Source: a virus
Virus record (IMG/VR): IMGVR_UViG_3300045988_125874
Strand: one strand, 5' to 3'
Length of the DNA stretch: 64,000 bases
A model generated the notes under the pieces. That model searched no databases. It worked only from the letters and a program-made list of their open reading frames with translations, and was not told the DNA's origin. This document shows positions 20,856-30,422 of the stretch, piece after piece (within the stretch, counting starts at the first letter, position 1; each line of letters opens with the position of its first letter). A program made the position numbers and the translations under genes.

Positions 20856-21395
20856 TTACGCTGCTTTAACCTTTTTTACAGCTTGGCAGATAGGATATTG
20901 TACAATTTCCCAGTCTTCTGCAAACACATCACTGATGGATGGTACCCACGAATCAGCACGTCCCGTATTTTCGTTATAGATAAGGCATTGGCTTGTATAG
21001 TCAATAAAACCTTTTCCTTTCAGAATAAGGTCTTTTGCTGATTGAGGAAGCGATTGCATCTTGGGAATGGTATCGCTTTCAATATGTGCAGGCACTTGCT
21101 TGAATACCGTCAGGCCTTTGCCGTTCCAGCCGTTTCTACGGATAGCCCCACCTTGCTTCAAAACTTCGATAGCATCACCGAAACACATAGGAGTTTCTTT
21201 CTTGACTTCTCGATATGATTCTTCAAACAATTCTTTGGGGGACCAACTTTCATAGCCATATTCAGCACGAGTGTGATATCCAAGCCTGCAAGATTCATGC
21301 TCTCCTATTTCACTTTTTACCAAACCTTTACGGTAAGCTTCGCCTAATGTCATAGGTTCTGCTTCAATCTGTTTTGTGCTAATGTACTTTTTCAT
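20856..21395 (-). CDS. DUF2829-domain protein (Tad2-like fold candidate) with an extra N-terminal domain
   Basis: C-terminal half FGDAIEVLKQGGAIRRNGWNGKG...SWVPSISDVFAEDWEIV matches the DUF2829 signature (..GW.gK....W..s..Dl.AeDWei.). Confidence 0.65.
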   Translation of the reverse strand: MKKYISTKQIEAEPMTLGEAYRKGLVKSEIGEHESCRLGYHTRAEYGYESWSPKELFEESYREVKKETPMCFGDAIEVLKQGGAIRRNGWNGKGLTVFKQVPAHIESDTIPKMQSLPQSAKDLILKGKGFIDYTSQCLIYNENTGRADSWVPSISDVFAEDWEIVQYPICQAVKKVKAA

Positions 21396-21416
21396 GATAG
21401 TGTATTTATTTACAAA

Positions 21417-21707
21417 TCAAACATCTTCCTCTTCATAAGCCATCTTTGCACTCATGACACCAACCGAACTTAGCATCCTGATAGAAAGCCCCTTTTGTAC
21501 GTCAAGCTCAAAAATCATATTGTCATTGAATTGAGCGGCAGGATATTGATACAATAGCGCATAATCCATTCCTTCCAACTTTGCGTATATACTAAGTGTG
21601 CCACTCTTCTCTCTGTCTATCTGTATTACACATTTCCCAACAGAAGTAAACTCACAGGAATAGCCCTGTTTTTCTTTACTAAATTTTAGTACATCAGTTT
21701 TTGCCAT
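21417..21707 (-). CDS. Hypothetical protein (96 aa)
   Basis: ORF track; directly downstream of the portal gene. Confidence 0.55.
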   Translation of the reverse strand: MAKTDVLKFSKEKQGYSCEFTSVGKCVIQIDREKSGTLSIYAKLEGMDYALLYQYPAAQFNDNMIFELDVQKGLSIRMLSSVGVMSAKMAYEEEDV

Positions 21708-21727
21708 AATATTTATATTTTAGATTG

Positions 21728-23128
21728 TTATTCCGGTTCTTCGAATATATTGCTTATCCTGCTTCTGGAAGCATCTGCATCTTCTTTTTGGATTTGGGCA
21801 AGAGTTTCTTGTGGATCAGTAGAGATACCTAAGTTCTTGATGGCTTCTAATTGGCTGACAACAGCTTTTCCACCACTTGCTGTAACCCATTTTTCTATTT
21901 CTGACTTTTCATCATTTTGGATAAATGGAGTTATGATGTGCTCAATCTCAACATTATCTACTTCATTTTTCCAAGAAACATTCATCATTTTCAGGAAAGC
22001 TTTGATTACGCTACATTCACGTTCAAATGCTTCTATCCATGCACCACTTTCATCTCCAACCTTTAAATGAGCGTCAGTAAGTAAAGTCTGCCTTGCATCA
22101 AATCCGATATTGCCAAGAGACTTCATGTTTTCGAAGGAAATATCCGGCATTTGTGATTGTGACCAGAACAACTTAACAAGGGTATCGACATGATATTTTA
22201 ACGCCTCGATAGATTGTGCCCATGAAACATAGGACACGTCCCCGTTTTGTTCTACTCGGTAAACTCTACGGCTTTCTCCTTTATCTTCTCCTCCTTTTAT
22301 GCTACCTGCTATTTTTAGGATAGGAGCGGAGTTATATGCTATGACATCGCTATTGCGTGAAAGGGTATATTCGATTTCTTTTCTGATATAGGAAAGACCG
22401 TGATAAATGGGAACAGGACGATAAACGTATACTCCGGGTATTTTCAGAATAACGACCGGCTCTGATTTAACTAATTCCCAACCGTTTCCCTGTTGTTTCC
22501 ATTTATAATGAATGTTTGCCGTGTATGTCTCGAAATACGTAACTTCTTCATTTTTGACCTTTTTTGTGTATTCAAAAGACATTGCGATCATATCGCCAAG
22601 CTCATCAAGTAGAGGGTATAAGCTAACACCGTCCATTGGTGAGTAGGTTTTGCATTTTAGCTTATATTTACTTTTAAAGCCGTATAGAGTGTTGGGATTC
22701 TCAACTGTGTACCAAATGGTGAACACTTCGCATGAAGCAAAGTAAGCATTGCCTCGCTTAATATTCTCACTGTCAATACGGGCATACTTATATATCGCTT
22801 CAATCGCTTTCGCAATACTTTGGCGGGTTTCATTGTCTTCTATATTGTGATATACACGTTTAACCGGGATAGCGAACATGAATTCAGTCATTCGCTTGGT
22901 GAGGAGTTTTTCAAGTCCGATGTAGATACGGGAAGCTTTTTCTGTATCTCCATTAGATCGGATCTTATCTTTACGGGTAACTGTGTCAGATACTATATCA
23001 TGTTCTGTTGGTTCGTAGTCTTTGAGAAGTTTATCCCATGAGGGGACTGTTACAGACTTTTCTTTCAAATCGTTGATTATGTTATCAACGGGCCGCGTAC
23101 TGTCTAAGATAGAGGTGATTTCGTCCAT
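21728..23128 (-). CDS. Portal protein
   Basis: 466 aa; position between the TerL block and MuF. Confidence 0.75.
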   Translation of the reverse strand: MDEITSILDSTRPVDNIINDLKEKSVTVPSWDKLLKDYEPTEHDIVSDTVTRKDKIRSNGDTEKASRIYIGLEKLLTKRMTEFMFAIPVKRVYHNIEDNETRQSIAKAIEAIYKYARIDSENIKRGNAYFASCEVFTIWYTVENPNTLYGFKSKYKLKCKTYSPMDGVSLYPLLDELGDMIAMSFEYTKKVKNEEVTYFETYTANIHYKWKQQGNGWELVKSEPVVILKIPGVYVYRPVPIYHGLSYIRKEIEYTLSRNSDVIAYNSAPILKIAGSIKGGEDKGESRRVYRVEQNGDVSYVSWAQSIEALKYHVDTLVKLFWSQSQMPDISFENMKSLGNIGFDARQTLLTDAHLKVGDESGAWIEAFERECSVIKAFLKMMNVSWKNEVDNVEIEHIITPFIQNDEKSEIEKWVTASGGKAVVSQLEAIKNLGISTDPQETLAQIQKEDADASRSRISNIFEEPE

Positions 23129-23165
23129 TTGAGTAGAATATTACTTAATATTCGTTTTTACTTGG

Positions 23166-23204
23166 TGCAAATATAATAAAAGTCGCGTAATTTATATCAC
23201 TTTT
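23166..23204 (-). promoter_or_regulatory. -7 box (TATATTTGCACC) plus copy 2 of the 27-bp dyad motif, upstream of the portal gene
   Basis: tgcaaatata at 23166-23175 and aaaagtcgcgtaatttatatcactttt at 23178-23204, about 40 nt upstream of the ATG at 23128. Confidence 0.6.
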
Positions 23205-23206
23205 AT

Positions 23207-23479
23207 TTATAAATATCCAACTAATTTGATAGCTTCATGCATGTAATAAGGGAAATTAATGACAGCAATCTCACCAGAATATCCACAACGCCATAATTCA
23301 GCCTGCCAATCTTGTATATCATCACGTTCATCAATATTGTACTTCTTCATTAAATCTCTTATGATAGCGCAATCCTCATATCTTTCCATAACTTTAGCAG
23401 AAGAATAAAGATTGAGTAAGACGTATTCTCCATAAAGGAGGAGTACTTTTTCAAATATATTAAACCGATTTTGTGTCAT
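23207..23479 (-). CDS. Hypothetical protein (90 aa)
   Basis: ORF track. Confidence 0.5.
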   Translation of the reverse strand: MTQNRFNIFEKVLLLYGEYVLLNLYSSAKVMERYEDCAIIRDLMKKYNIDERDDIQDWQAELWRCGYSGEIAVINFPYYMHEAIKLVGYL

Positions 23480-23487
23480 ATCTATCT

Positions 23488-23805
23488 TTAAAAGTCACAC
23501 ATTATAGTATATTTAGTTTGCAAAATCTTTAGGACCTTTTCTGTTACATGAATTATATCTTCATTATACCTTCTTACGTTTCTGCCATATCCTTGTATGT
23601 CTTTGTTTATCTTCTGGCGGAGTGTAGTACTTTTAGGCAAACTGATTTCATAGAAATTGCCATCAATTGAAGTTATCAACATATCAGCTTGCTTCTTTTG
23701 ACAATCCAATTCTGTTTCTTTGTATTCACCTTTGGGTATGAAATTAGGATTGGGTACTAAGTAGCCTTCTGCTACTACATTTCCATTTATATCATATACT
23801 TTCAT
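23488..23805 (-). CDS. Hypothetical protein (105 aa)
   Basis: ORF track. Confidence 0.5.
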   Translation of the reverse strand: MKVYDINGNVVAEGYLVPNPNFIPKGEYKETELDCQKKQADMLITSIDGNFYEISLPKSTTLRQKINKDIQGYGRNVRRYNEDIIHVTEKVLKILQTKYTIMCDF

Positions 23806-23964
23806 AATCGTGTGTGCTAATAGAAAAACATTTTACAGTGGTTATTGTACAATCTTGATCTCAACGGGCTAGGGTTGGCGAGCCAAGCAAAATGAAAATT
23901 TAGGCTAATTTCACACATTACGTTTTTATGGTGAATCCATTGTTCTTTTGTCATAATCGTATAT

Positions 23965-24147
23965 TTAAGCGTTGATACCAATTGCATTTCTCATAAAGTT
24001 ACTCGCTTGCTCTACTGACATATTCAGTTTTTTCTGAATCAGAAGAAGCATACAATTAACTTGTTCTTTCGTATCCAAATTACCTTGTACAAACTCTGAC
24101 ATGATAAATTTTTCTATTGTTCTTTGTTGGATAATTGTTGCTTTCAT
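23965..24147 (-). CDS. Hypothetical protein (60 aa)
   Basis: ORF track. Confidence 0.45.
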   Translation of the reverse strand: MKATIIQQRTIEKFIMSEFVQGNLDTKEQVNCMLLLIQKKLNMSVEQASNFMRNAIGINA

Positions 24148-24158
24148 TAAAACCTGTT

Positions 24159-24566
24159 TTAAAGATGAGTATATAAACCTGTCACTTGTGTAAACACTTC
24201 TTGCAACTGTTCAGAATAAATATCGCTCGTAAAGTAGATCTCTTCAGTTTCAGAGAAAGAGAAGGTCCTTTTGTTGAATTTCGAGGATTTGATGAATTTC
24301 ATAGAATAAACATCCTTACCTTCTTCATAAGTGACGATTAATTTATCCGCGCCAGATTTGTTCCTGCTCAATTTAATAATCTGCTCCATGTTGCCAGATT
24401 CATTTTCCATATAACCGGTAAATTCTGAACCCGTCATAACTACAAATTTATGTCCACCAAGTTGTTGGTATAGGGACAACATAATTTCTTTTATTTGTTC
24501 TTTTGAATGTTCCATTGTAATATCGGAATTAAAAAGCTGGAAGAGTTTCTGATTGACCATTTGCAT
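24159..24566 (-). CDS. Hypothetical protein (135 aa)
   Basis: ORF track. Confidence 0.55.
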   Translation of the reverse strand: MQMVNQKLFQLFNSDITMEHSKEQIKEIMLSLYQQLGGHKFVVMTGSEFTGYMENESGNMEQIIKLSRNKSGADKLIVTYEEGKDVYSMKFIKSSKFNKRTFSFSETEEIYFTSDIYSEQLQEVFTQVTGLYTHL

Positions 24567-24780
24567 AAGCGAAAATTTGTGCTATTTCTTTAGCTAATCT
24601 TCGACTATGTTCTTTGTCACGGCCATCGTATCCATTTCTATTATGTTTTTTGAGTTCTTCTCTTGCATTAGAGAGTGTTGTTGCTGTTTTCGTACAGGGA
24701 TTTGCATCAAATTTAGCTTGGGCTTCATCAAATTTAGCTTGCAACTCTTTTTCTTTATTCATCCATTCTTCTTTTTTCAT
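24529..24780 (-). CDS. Hypothetical protein (83 aa)
   Basis: ORF track. Preceded by the duplicated promoter/leader module and the AGAGCAATG start context. Confidence 0.55.
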   Translation of the reverse strand: MKKEEWMNKEKELQAKFDEAQAKFDANPCTKTATTLSNAREELKKHNRNGYDGRDKEHSRRLAKEIAQIFAYANGQSETLPAF

Positions 24781-24859
24781 TGCTCTTATGTTTTAATTGT
24801 TAGTATTATTGGTTTCTTTTAGTATTGTAAAGATACTCATTATCAGTGAGTTAACCAAA
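24774..24859 (-). promoter_or_regulatory. 86-bp promoter/leader module, copy A (near-identical to 36699-36784)
   Basis: 3 mismatches in 82 nt versus copy B. On the minus strand it contains TTTG, the palindrome CTCACTGATAATGAG, the -7 box TATCTTTACA, a ~45-nt leader and the ATG. Confidence 0.65.
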
Positions 24860-24917
24860 TATTTATTCAATTATTTTAGGCGTAATTCGTTCATAATCAA
24901 ATATTTAACTTTTGCTA

Positions 24918-24954
24918 TAAAACAAAAATGGCGCCGACTTTCACAAGCCAGCGC
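24918..24954 (-). terminator. Rho-independent terminator after the TerL gene
   Basis: Minus-strand stem GCGCTG/CGGCGC followed by CATTTTTGTTTTAT. Confidence 0.55.
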
Positions 24955-25020
24955 ACATAAGAGCAATGAAAACACCAAAAAGAAGTGTTTTCAAACGCAA
25001 AGGTACTAAAAGAAACACAA

Positions 25021-26532
25021 CTACAAAAAATCTTTGAGCAACTCTTCATCACTAATAAAGTTGTAATCTCTAGGATAAAACGTATTCGCTAATGCGTCCA
25101 TATAGTCAGGAGAACGTTTGATACGTTTCTTGACATCTTCTTTAGGCTCAATGATAATCTTTCCATTACTAAGGAATTTCCATTTGGTTTCGGTAGCTTC
25201 CTCCATTAGTTGATCGCAGGGTGGGAGAGCAGCTCCAAAACCATTTTTAGGATTGAGCCAGTCACGTAAAGCCCAATATAGGTATGCTCTCATATTGGCA
25301 AATTCATATTCGCCAGTAATATCGTGTAAGCCATCTGCACCTTCGGAATATTTACAAGAAAAAGCATTCCTACACTCTTCTTCTAGTAGCCTGGAATATA
25401 CTCCAGCTCCTTCACCAATAGTATCAATAAACGCTTTTGCTCCTTTCTTCTTCAGGTAGGGAATCGTCATACCTACTACGTGCATGTGATCCGCACGTCC
25501 GGCAGATTGATGAACTTCAAATTGAGAAACGTAGTTACCGTATCGCGGACAAAGCACACTATTATCGCGTCCCATACCGGCAACGTCAACACCTAGCTTA
25601 CAAGATTTGGCTGGGATGAAACCGCTTGCCTGTAATTCCTGCCAATTCCTGTTTGCTATTTCTATCCATTCATAAGGAATAAGCACATCTTCAGAAACTT
25701 TCGGGAACATACCAAGTACCTTGACGCGAAACAAATCGTTAGGCCGGTATAGCTTACCTTCCCAATTGAAATCGCCTTCTCCCTCGTTGAAATCTGTTCG
25801 CTGAATGGGGGAGCACCAATTTATCACCTTGTCCTTAACCCATTCATAATCCACTTGACCGGGTATTACTATTTGCTTCTTTACTACATTTTCTGCATTT
25901 AGAGAGCTAAGTCTGAATTTTGCAAAACGGTCAGACTTCATGGCACGAGCTGCGTAACCAGTAGTAACATTAGGATTGAACACTATGAGAAAGCGAGAAT
26001 TACCCTGTAAGTTACCCTCAATAGCGTTGTAAGTCGCTTCTGATATACCGGAAGCTTCAGTAACAACAAACATAGTATTTACAGCGTGGAAACCAGACCA
26101 AGCTTCCGTATTGTCGTCACCAGCTTTAAACCCTGTTAGGAACCACTCTTCGTAATCAGTTTTAATGCCGGAAGACAATAAGCGTCCGGGCAAGAACCCT
26201 GCATTTCTAAATAAGCGGGATATTTCAGGTATCATGATATTTTGAACCTGACGGGCTGTAGGAGCCGTCATGGCAATCTTGGTATTCTTGACTAACTTAC
26301 CTTCTTTCCAACGTGGAGTAAGATACATAAAACACATAGATGCACAAGCCGCAATATAATCCTTTCCCCTTGCCGTGCCTGACGCTACAGCAGTCATTGG
26401 ATTATGCTGAACGGATTGAAGAATGGCTTGTTGCTCTTTGTCTAACCTTGAATGAAGAACATCATGAGCGAATTTGCACCAATCCTCCCGCCATGCTTTC
26501 ATGTATCTTATAGACTTGTCATCTTTGCTCAT
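25021..26532 (-). CDS. Terminase large subunit
   Basis: 503 aa; follows the small-terminase-like HTH gene with an ATGA overlap. Confidence 0.8.
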   Translation of the reverse strand: MSKDDKSIRYMKAWREDWCKFAHDVLHSRLDKEQQAILQSVQHNPMTAVASGTARGKDYIAACASMCFMYLTPRWKEGKLVKNTKIAMTAPTARQVQNIMIPEISRLFRNAGFLPGRLLSSGIKTDYEEWFLTGFKAGDDNTEAWSGFHAVNTMFVVTEASGISEATYNAIEGNLQGNSRFLIVFNPNVTTGYAARAMKSDRFAKFRLSSLNAENVVKKQIVIPGQVDYEWVKDKVINWCSPIQRTDFNEGEGDFNWEGKLYRPNDLFRVKVLGMFPKVSEDVLIPYEWIEIANRNWQELQASGFIPAKSCKLGVDVAGMGRDNSVLCPRYGNYVSQFEVHQSAGRADHMHVVGMTIPYLKKKGAKAFIDTIGEGAGVYSRLLEEECRNAFSCKYSEGADGLHDITGEYEFANMRAYLYWALRDWLNPKNGFGAALPPCDQLMEEATETKWKFLSNGKIIIEPKEDVKKRIKRSPDYMDALANTFYPRDYNFISDEELLKDFL

Positions 26533-26894
26533 TCTTCATCGTCTGGCAATTCTTGCATTAATTTCTCAAATGGATTAATATTCAAATCTTGCTCTACTTT
26601 TTCAACGTAACCGCGATGCTTCATTTTAGTCTTACTTAACCAAATAAGCATGGTGTTATCTTGTTCCGTCAAAGCTTTAGCAAACATTGTCGTTTCTAGC
26701 TTATCATAGAAACTTTCTTCTACTTCTTTCCATTTTTCGGCAAAATCTGGATCATTCGATTTCCATTTATAAGCAATGGAGCGTGAGATTTCTACAGCTT
26801 CACAAGCTGCGGTAACATTCAGCATCCTTGCTTCCAATGCTTTTAAAAACTTAGCTTTCTTTTGCCTTGTATTAAGCCTGTACTTCTGTGCCAT
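26529..26894 (-). CDS. Terminase small subunit (HTH)
   Basis: KAKFLKALEARMLNVTAACEAVEISRSIAYKWKSNDPDFAEKW is a typical TerS HTH. ATG at 26894 is preferred. Confidence 0.7.
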   Translation of the reverse strand: MAQKYRLNTRQKKAKFLKALEARMLNVTAACEAVEISRSIAYKWKSNDPDFAEKWKEVEESFYDKLETTMFAKALTEQDNTMLIWLSKTKMKHRGYVEKVEQDLNINPFEKLMQELPDDEE

Positions 26895-27582
26895 CTTTAC
26901 TTCCCTCCAATACATTATTCACAATTTCCAACATTTTGCATATACTCAAAGCCTGTGCTTTGATTTTGTATTTCGCCTGAACTTTTGCGGATACTTCATT
27001 TAATCGATACATTGTTTCCATGTCCAATAAAGTAAGGTTGCCAAGTTCTTTTTCTGAATAGCAATCCAATGTTTCCATTAATTTGTCAAATGAGACTTTC
27101 TGTGTATCTACAAACATAAGAGTTACTGGAACAATTTCATTATTCGGCATTTCAACTGTATAGTTGATGTCTTTAACGCTTTCTAGTACTTCATTACTGA
27201 TATGCGCATACTCTTTCAGTGCGACATCCGTTATTTCATCAAGAAGCTGTTTTATTATCTCTTGATCATCTTGACCGTTTATCGAATTTGCGCTTAACTG
27301 AATAGCCCGTATTTCATCATTGGAAATATCTTTTTCATTAATATACATAATATGACATGATGTCAAACCAGCCATATTTGCCGCTTGTATTCTATGGTTC
27401 CCAGAAACAACAGTATAAGTTCCGTTGTCATGTTCAACACAAAATGGGACGCTGCTTAACTGGCCATCTCTACGAATATTATTCACGAGTTGGTTAAACA
27501 TGGATTGCTCCATAAATCTTGCATTCTTCTTTATCAACTTGATAGAAGAAAGCGGAACTTCTCTTATTTGAAACTGCTTCAT
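26872..27582 (-). CDS. ParB N-terminal domain protein
   Basis: VPLSSIKL...RRDGQLSSVPFCVEHDNGTYTVVSGNHRIQAA (ParBc motif GxxR / GNHR). ATG at 27582 removes the 128-nt overlap with the HNH gene. Confidence 0.7.
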   Translation of the reverse strand: MKQFQIREVPLSSIKLIKKNARFMEQSMFNQLVNNIRRDGQLSSVPFCVEHDNGTYTVVSGNHRIQAANMAGLTSCHIMYINEKDISNDEIRAIQLSANSINGQDDQEIIKQLLDEITDVALKEYAHISNEVLESVKDINYTVEMPNNEIVPVTLMFVDTQKVSFDKLMETLDCYSEKELGNLTLLDMETMYRLNEVSAKVQAKYKIKAQALSICKMLEIVNNVLEGSKDGTEVQA

Positions 27583-27586
27583 ATTT

Positions 27587-28330
27587 TTATTCTTTAAATT
27601 TCCAAATAAATCCTCCTGCTGTATGGTATCTTGGTCTTTTCCTACAGCACATACCAATATTGGCACTACATACTCCTGTTTTTCTTGATGCGTCCATAAT
27701 AGAATTATATTCATTCAATAAATCACCATTAGAATTATATTGAAGAACCCTACGTACTTTTAGCTCTATCTTTATCTTCTTGGGAAATTCTTCTGATATT
27801 TTGCGACACCAATAGAAACTACCTGCATGGTACTGCTTTCCATTTATACATTGATTTATAGAAGTGTTTAGTACTCCTGTTATTCTTTCGGCTTCTGCAC
27901 CAGAGTTATACTCTTTTAAGAAATTACCATCCAAATCATATTGTAAAACCGGAATAGAACAAATTTCTTTTGTCTTTATATTTCTATTTCCATATTGGCA
28001 ATTATACTTATGTGTACAAAATTCCAAATTATCGACTGTATTATTATTTTTACATTCATCCTTATGATTGACTTCTGTAAGATTTAAAGGATTATCTAAA
28101 AAAGTTTCAGCTATTACTTTATGTACATAAAAACGCTTGACTACATTATTCTTGCATAAACACAGGAATAGGTATCCTTTTTTATTATCACGAGGTAGCA
28201 ATATTTTACCGCTATAGAATCTTCTTCCACCTTTGTATGGGACAACCCTATCTAAGGAGCGTATTCTACCTAAAGACGATGCTTGATATAAACCTTCGTA
28301 CCCCTTAATATTTTTCCAAATTTCATCCAT
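27587..28330 (-). CDS. HNH homing endonuclease (NUMOD4 + HNH + two IENR1-like repeats)
   Basis: IWKNIKGYEGLYQASSLGRIRS (NUMOD4); VNHKDECKNNNTVDNLEFCTHKYN (HNH); two repeats with the AGSFYW / AGGFIW endings. Confidence 0.8.
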   Translation of the reverse strand: MDEIWKNIKGYEGLYQASSLGRIRSLDRVVPYKGGRRFYSGKILLPRDNKKGYLFLCLCKNNVVKRFYVHKVIAETFLDNPLNLTEVNHKDECKNNNTVDNLEFCTHKYNCQYGNRNIKTKEICSIPVLQYDLDGNFLKEYNSGAEAERITGVLNTSINQCINGKQYHAGSFYWCRKISEEFPKKIKIELKVRRVLQYNSNGDLLNEYNSIMDASRKTGVCSANIGMCCRKRPRYHTAGGFIWKFKE

Positions 28331-28334
28331 ACAT

Positions 28335-30422
28335 TTATTCCTTTCTCGGCTCATCACCGTATTTTTCTACAAATGCTTTTAAAATATCATCTAAGTTGCC
28401 ACGAATACCTGCATCTTGTATGTAATGGAGTTTACCAACGCAACGTTCATGTAATTTGAATACACCACGATATTTCATACTTACAGGTTTATCGGTGAAC
28501 ACGGAAGTAGCAATAACACCACATTGATGTTTATATCTTATATCCAGTTCTGATTTAAATTCTGATGAAAGAACGCCCATTATTAGCAATCGGCTCAACT
28601 TAGGCAGAGGGTGGTCTATGACAAAATCCGATTTCATCCAAACTGCATCCATGCCGTATTTGCTGACCTTCAGGAAGTCAAACATACAAGCTCCGAACAC
28701 GTAATCATCCAAGAACCACAAATAACAGAACGGAGCTGATCCGAGTATGATGCCTTTCTTCAAGTAAATCATGCGCAGATAATCAATTTCTGCCATAGAA
28801 GCACGAACAAACCGGAGTTTGCTATTATTTGTAAGTACGTAATCGTCTGGCAACCGTTTATATTTTAGAGGGATGATAGTCCGCTTGTTAAAACTGCTGT
28901 CTCCACTTTCTACCACATTAGACCAAATATATGTGCGTTGGTCTTTGAATACCTCTCTTCTGCCCATAAATCCATGCTGCGAGAGAGCCATGTAATTAAC
29001 TTGTTCTTCATCTATTTCTGCATATTTCGTTTTAGTTCGTTCTTGAGATCCAAAATCATCCAATAAGAAACGCTGTAATGCGTTGCTTGTGGCTTTCATA
29101 CCGGAATGAAATTCATTCTGATAGATCAATATGTCATTCTCTTTGCAGTTAAGAATTGCATCTGATATATCAGCACAATAAAATACTTCAATAGACTTAC
29201 TTTTAAGGCTGTCTACGAGCTTTTGGTAACGTTCCGTATACTTCTTATGGTAATGCTCCAATTTTGCCATAAAATCGTCATAAAGCGACTTATGGTAAAT
29301 ATCTTGTGAGTTCTTATGCTTCTTGATGGCATTGAACAGATGGATAGTGGCAATAATTTCAGCCGGACTTTCAGACTTGATATTCAGAAACTCATATTCA
29401 TCATTAAAACGCAGTTCTTTTATCTCTCCCTTGATTGCCTTATACATCATGTAGATAAAATACTCCTTTGTATACACCTTAATCTCACGGTTGGTAAGTA
29501 TTTGCTCTATATCCATATAGTATGAGTTTACCACATGAGCAATATCAAATTTGGCCGCTTCTTTCTTGATGAAGGAAAGCATACGATTAGTTTTCTTAAA
29601 CATGGAGCCTACTATCGTAACATTGTCCGAGTGTTCTGCTGCCCAAAGTAACGGTTTATGTCTTTGGGGAACCTTGGAATAGTCTATATGGAATGTCTCA
29701 AGACATTTGTCAATAGTGGTGAGTTGCTTATACTCTTCTATGTCTTCATGTAGGTAGGCATATTCTACAAATGAATACATGAATTTGATTGTTTCCAGCA
29801 CCTTGTCGAAGTCCCATGAACTATTGAAGATACGGAATTCTGCTGTTCCTATCTTTTCAATAGAACATAAGTTGAGCCAGTACCGGATATGTCCTCTATC
29901 TGACCCATTACTAAAAACTTTCAGTAAATTCTCAATATTATCTGCTTCAAGAACTCGTTTTACAACATCCCAAGGTGGACTGGGTACGAGATATTTTGTT
30001 TCCCACCACTCGGCAATGTCAAATATTCGTTTGATTGGATAAGCGGTGTAGTAGGAGAGGGCAAACAAACGTTTGATAACATTCAAGTCCATATCTTTGA
30101 TGTATAGATGTGCATCAAAACCTTCATTCCACATGAGATAACTTCCTGCATCTCTCATGGTCTGAATAAAATTCTTCAACTCCTGCAAATCTTCTATACA
30201 ATAATGGTATGGGCGTGTGTTTATTTCCCCGCCAAATTGACCGTGATGCGTAACTGCCGATCCATCCGAGTTATTCATCATGGTTAGCTTGTTATCCGTC
30301 CACTTGTAACCCGATGGAAGAGGAATGTGCTCTTTATCACCATCAGCGAACTCCAGTTCCATGCCAAATGTGCGATTGGCTATATAGTCAATCCACGGTT
30401 TATCTATATTCGTGTTCTGCAT
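28335..30422 (-). CDS. Amidoligase (Amidoligase_2 / GS-like) N-terminal domain protein with a ~450-aa uncharacterised C-terminal region
   Basis: FGMELEFADG...DGSAVTHHGQFGGEINTRPY...GFDAHLYI...IGTAEFRIFNSSWDFDKVLETIKFMYSFVEYA follows the putative-amidoligase pattern (G.E.EF, DGS...GE..., H.H, GT.EFR). Confidence 0.65.
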   Translation of the reverse strand: MQNTNIDKPWIDYIANRTFGMELEFADGDKEHIPLPSGYKWTDNKLTMMNNSDGSAVTHHGQFGGEINTRPYHYCIEDLQELKNFIQTMRDAGSYLMWNEGFDAHLYIKDMDLNVIKRLFALSYYTAYPIKRIFDIAEWWETKYLVPSPPWDVVKRVLEADNIENLLKVFSNGSDRGHIRYWLNLCSIEKIGTAEFRIFNSSWDFDKVLETIKFMYSFVEYAYLHEDIEEYKQLTTIDKCLETFHIDYSKVPQRHKPLLWAAEHSDNVTIVGSMFKKTNRMLSFIKKEAAKFDIAHVVNSYYMDIEQILTNREIKVYTKEYFIYMMYKAIKGEIKELRFNDEYEFLNIKSESPAEIIATIHLFNAIKKHKNSQDIYHKSLYDDFMAKLEHYHKKYTERYQKLVDSLKSKSIEVFYCADISDAILNCKENDILIYQNEFHSGMKATSNALQRFLLDDFGSQERTKTKYAEIDEEQVNYMALSQHGFMGRREVFKDQRTYIWSNVVESGDSSFNKRTIIPLKYKRLPDDYVLTNNSKLRFVRASMAEIDYLRMIYLKKGIILGSAPFCYLWFLDDYVFGACMFDFLKVSKYGMDAVWMKSDFVIDHPLPKLSRLLIMGVLSSEFKSELDIRYKHQCGVIATSVFTDKPVSMKYRGVFKLHERCVGKLHYIQDAGIRGNLDDILKAFVEKYGDEPRKE

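Noticed and set aside
27583-27714. Long N-terminal extension of the ParB-like ORF overlapping the HNH gene by 128 nt. Similar track extensions occur at 14657, 18152, 26915, 33823, 34069, 35875, 37508, 49707, 53601, 61326, 61724 and 63017.
   Set aside because: The track takes the longest ORF, including TTG/GTG starts. Internal ATGs give tight non-overlapping packing and, in several cases, lie downstream of recognisable promoter boxes.
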